This document shows, one piece after another, positions 62,624-64,000 of a stretch of DNA of 64,000 nucleotides; position 1 is the first letter of the stretch, and every line of letters begins with the position of its first letter. The position numbers were made by a program, and so were the translations under genes. The notes under the pieces were generated by a model. It saw only the letters and a program-made list of their open reading frames with translations. It was not told the DNA's origin and did no database searches. The DNA lies in contig OX597833.1 of the NCBI GenBank assembly GCA_951406725.2, positions 49,104,001 through 49,168,000 of the forward strand, given 5' to 3'. Source of the DNA: Octopus vulgaris (lineage: Eukaryota).

Positions 62624-64000
62624 AAATAACAAATGTAACCACACATGGATTATTGGTGATTTTTCTTTATTTTTCCTTCTTTCTCTTTGGACTTTAATCT
62701 TTCCGATGAAGAACTATACTTGAACTCTCTCCTTTCTGTGGCCATGCTGGAGCACCGCCTTTAGTCAAGCAAATCAACCTCAGGACTTATTCTTTTTAAG
62801 CCTAGTACTTATTCTATCGTTCTCTTTTGCCGAACCGCTAAGTTACAGGGACGTAAACACACCAGCATTGGTTGTCAAGTGATGTGGGGACAAACACAGA
62901 CACACACACACATGCACATATATATATATATACATATATACGACGGGCTTCTTTCGGTTTTCATCTACCAAATCCACTCACAAGGCTTTGGTCAGCCCAA
63001 GGCTATAGTAGAAGACACTTGCCCAAGGTGCCACACAGTGGGGGCTGAACCTGGAACCATGTGGTTGGTAAGCAAGCTACTTACCACACAGCCACTCCTG
63101 CACCTGATTAATTCAAAACAATATGAATAAATTAGCATTACTTTTGACAGAATGATATGAATGCTAAAAGGTTAAAAAATAAGATATGTACCATAGGTAG
63201 ACTCAGGGTAGTCTTAAGCAGAGTGCTATGAAGAGGGTCAATTTGGAAGTTTGGAAATTTAGAGGAATGTCAGATGTACATTTTGATTTGAAATGGAGAC
63301 GAGAATATTGACTCCCTGCTACACTTTGGTAATATCTAAGGGTTTAAATTTATGGCATATTAGCTAATTTAACCTGTACGAACACATCAATTTAGAAATA
63401 CAGCTGTTTTCAACATTTTTGATGAAAATCAATTACCCCAGCCAATATAATGGCAATTAAGTGCTATGGGATGTAGATTTCATTGTTTTAATTAGCTGGA
63501 GCATTATAAAATTAATTAATGTTTTGCTGGCAATTTTTTTCATACGATGAACTCCCTGTGACTAAAGTTGCTTTATGTCTTGTTAAAAAACATGTTACAT
63601 CTGTTTAATATTGATCTCTTTCTGCCTCACTGTATTTGTGTGTGTGTGTGTGTGTGTTTATACCATGTCAGGGTCATAGGTTTATGGTAACAGGCATTGC
63701 TGTGCAGTCAAGAAGGGTTCAGTCCCACTGCATGGATGCTATAGGTTGGTGTCCTCCACCAAAGCCATTGCTTGATTTATATCTTGTGAATGAAATTGAT
63801 GGACAGAAATTGAAAATCCCCATTGTATGTGTGTGTGCTTGCATGCATGCATCACTCTCTCTCTCTCTTTGTCTGTCTGTGTCTCTCTGTATCATCATCA
63901 TCATCATCATCGTTTAACGTCTGCTTTCCATGCTAGCATGGGTTGGACGATTTGACTGAGGACTGGCAAACCAGATGGCTGCACAAGGCTCCAATCTGAT

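Noticed and set aside
62695-62725. Hammerhead-like CCGATGAAGAA..CTTGAA
   Set aside because: Too degenerate: no GAAA, stem I or cleavage triplet could be assigned.

Overview
AT-rich, repeat-dense eukaryotic genomic DNA. The SINE families and very dense microsatellites suggest a coleoid cephalopod, probably Octopus (inferred from repeat content). The only host gene I can support is a + strand, multi-exon metallophosphoesterase 1 (MPPE1/PGAP5-like) gene. Seven coding exons (16978-59100) splice in frame with GT-AG sites and encode the GDLFD, GNHD, H and GHTH metal-binding motifs plus a C-terminal TM helix. The 5' exon(s) carrying motif I were not found and probably lie upstream. Introns hold tRNA-derived SINEs, an RTE-tailed (TGA)n element, RTE and CR1 LINE remnants, an internally deleted mariner, piggyBac-, Merlin- and Helentron-type non-autonomous elements, and satellites. 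The most unusual signal is a set of short non-coding insertions from several unrelated families. They fold back on themselves and carry intact or decayed minimal type I hammerhead ribozyme motifs, an architecture typical of Penelope-like element termini. One (53455-53974) is a roughly 490-bp palindrome centred on a tRNA-type Pol III head, with a 34-nt tail and a 15-bp TSD. Nearly all ORFs in the supplied track are repeat artefacts. All alignments were done by eye.
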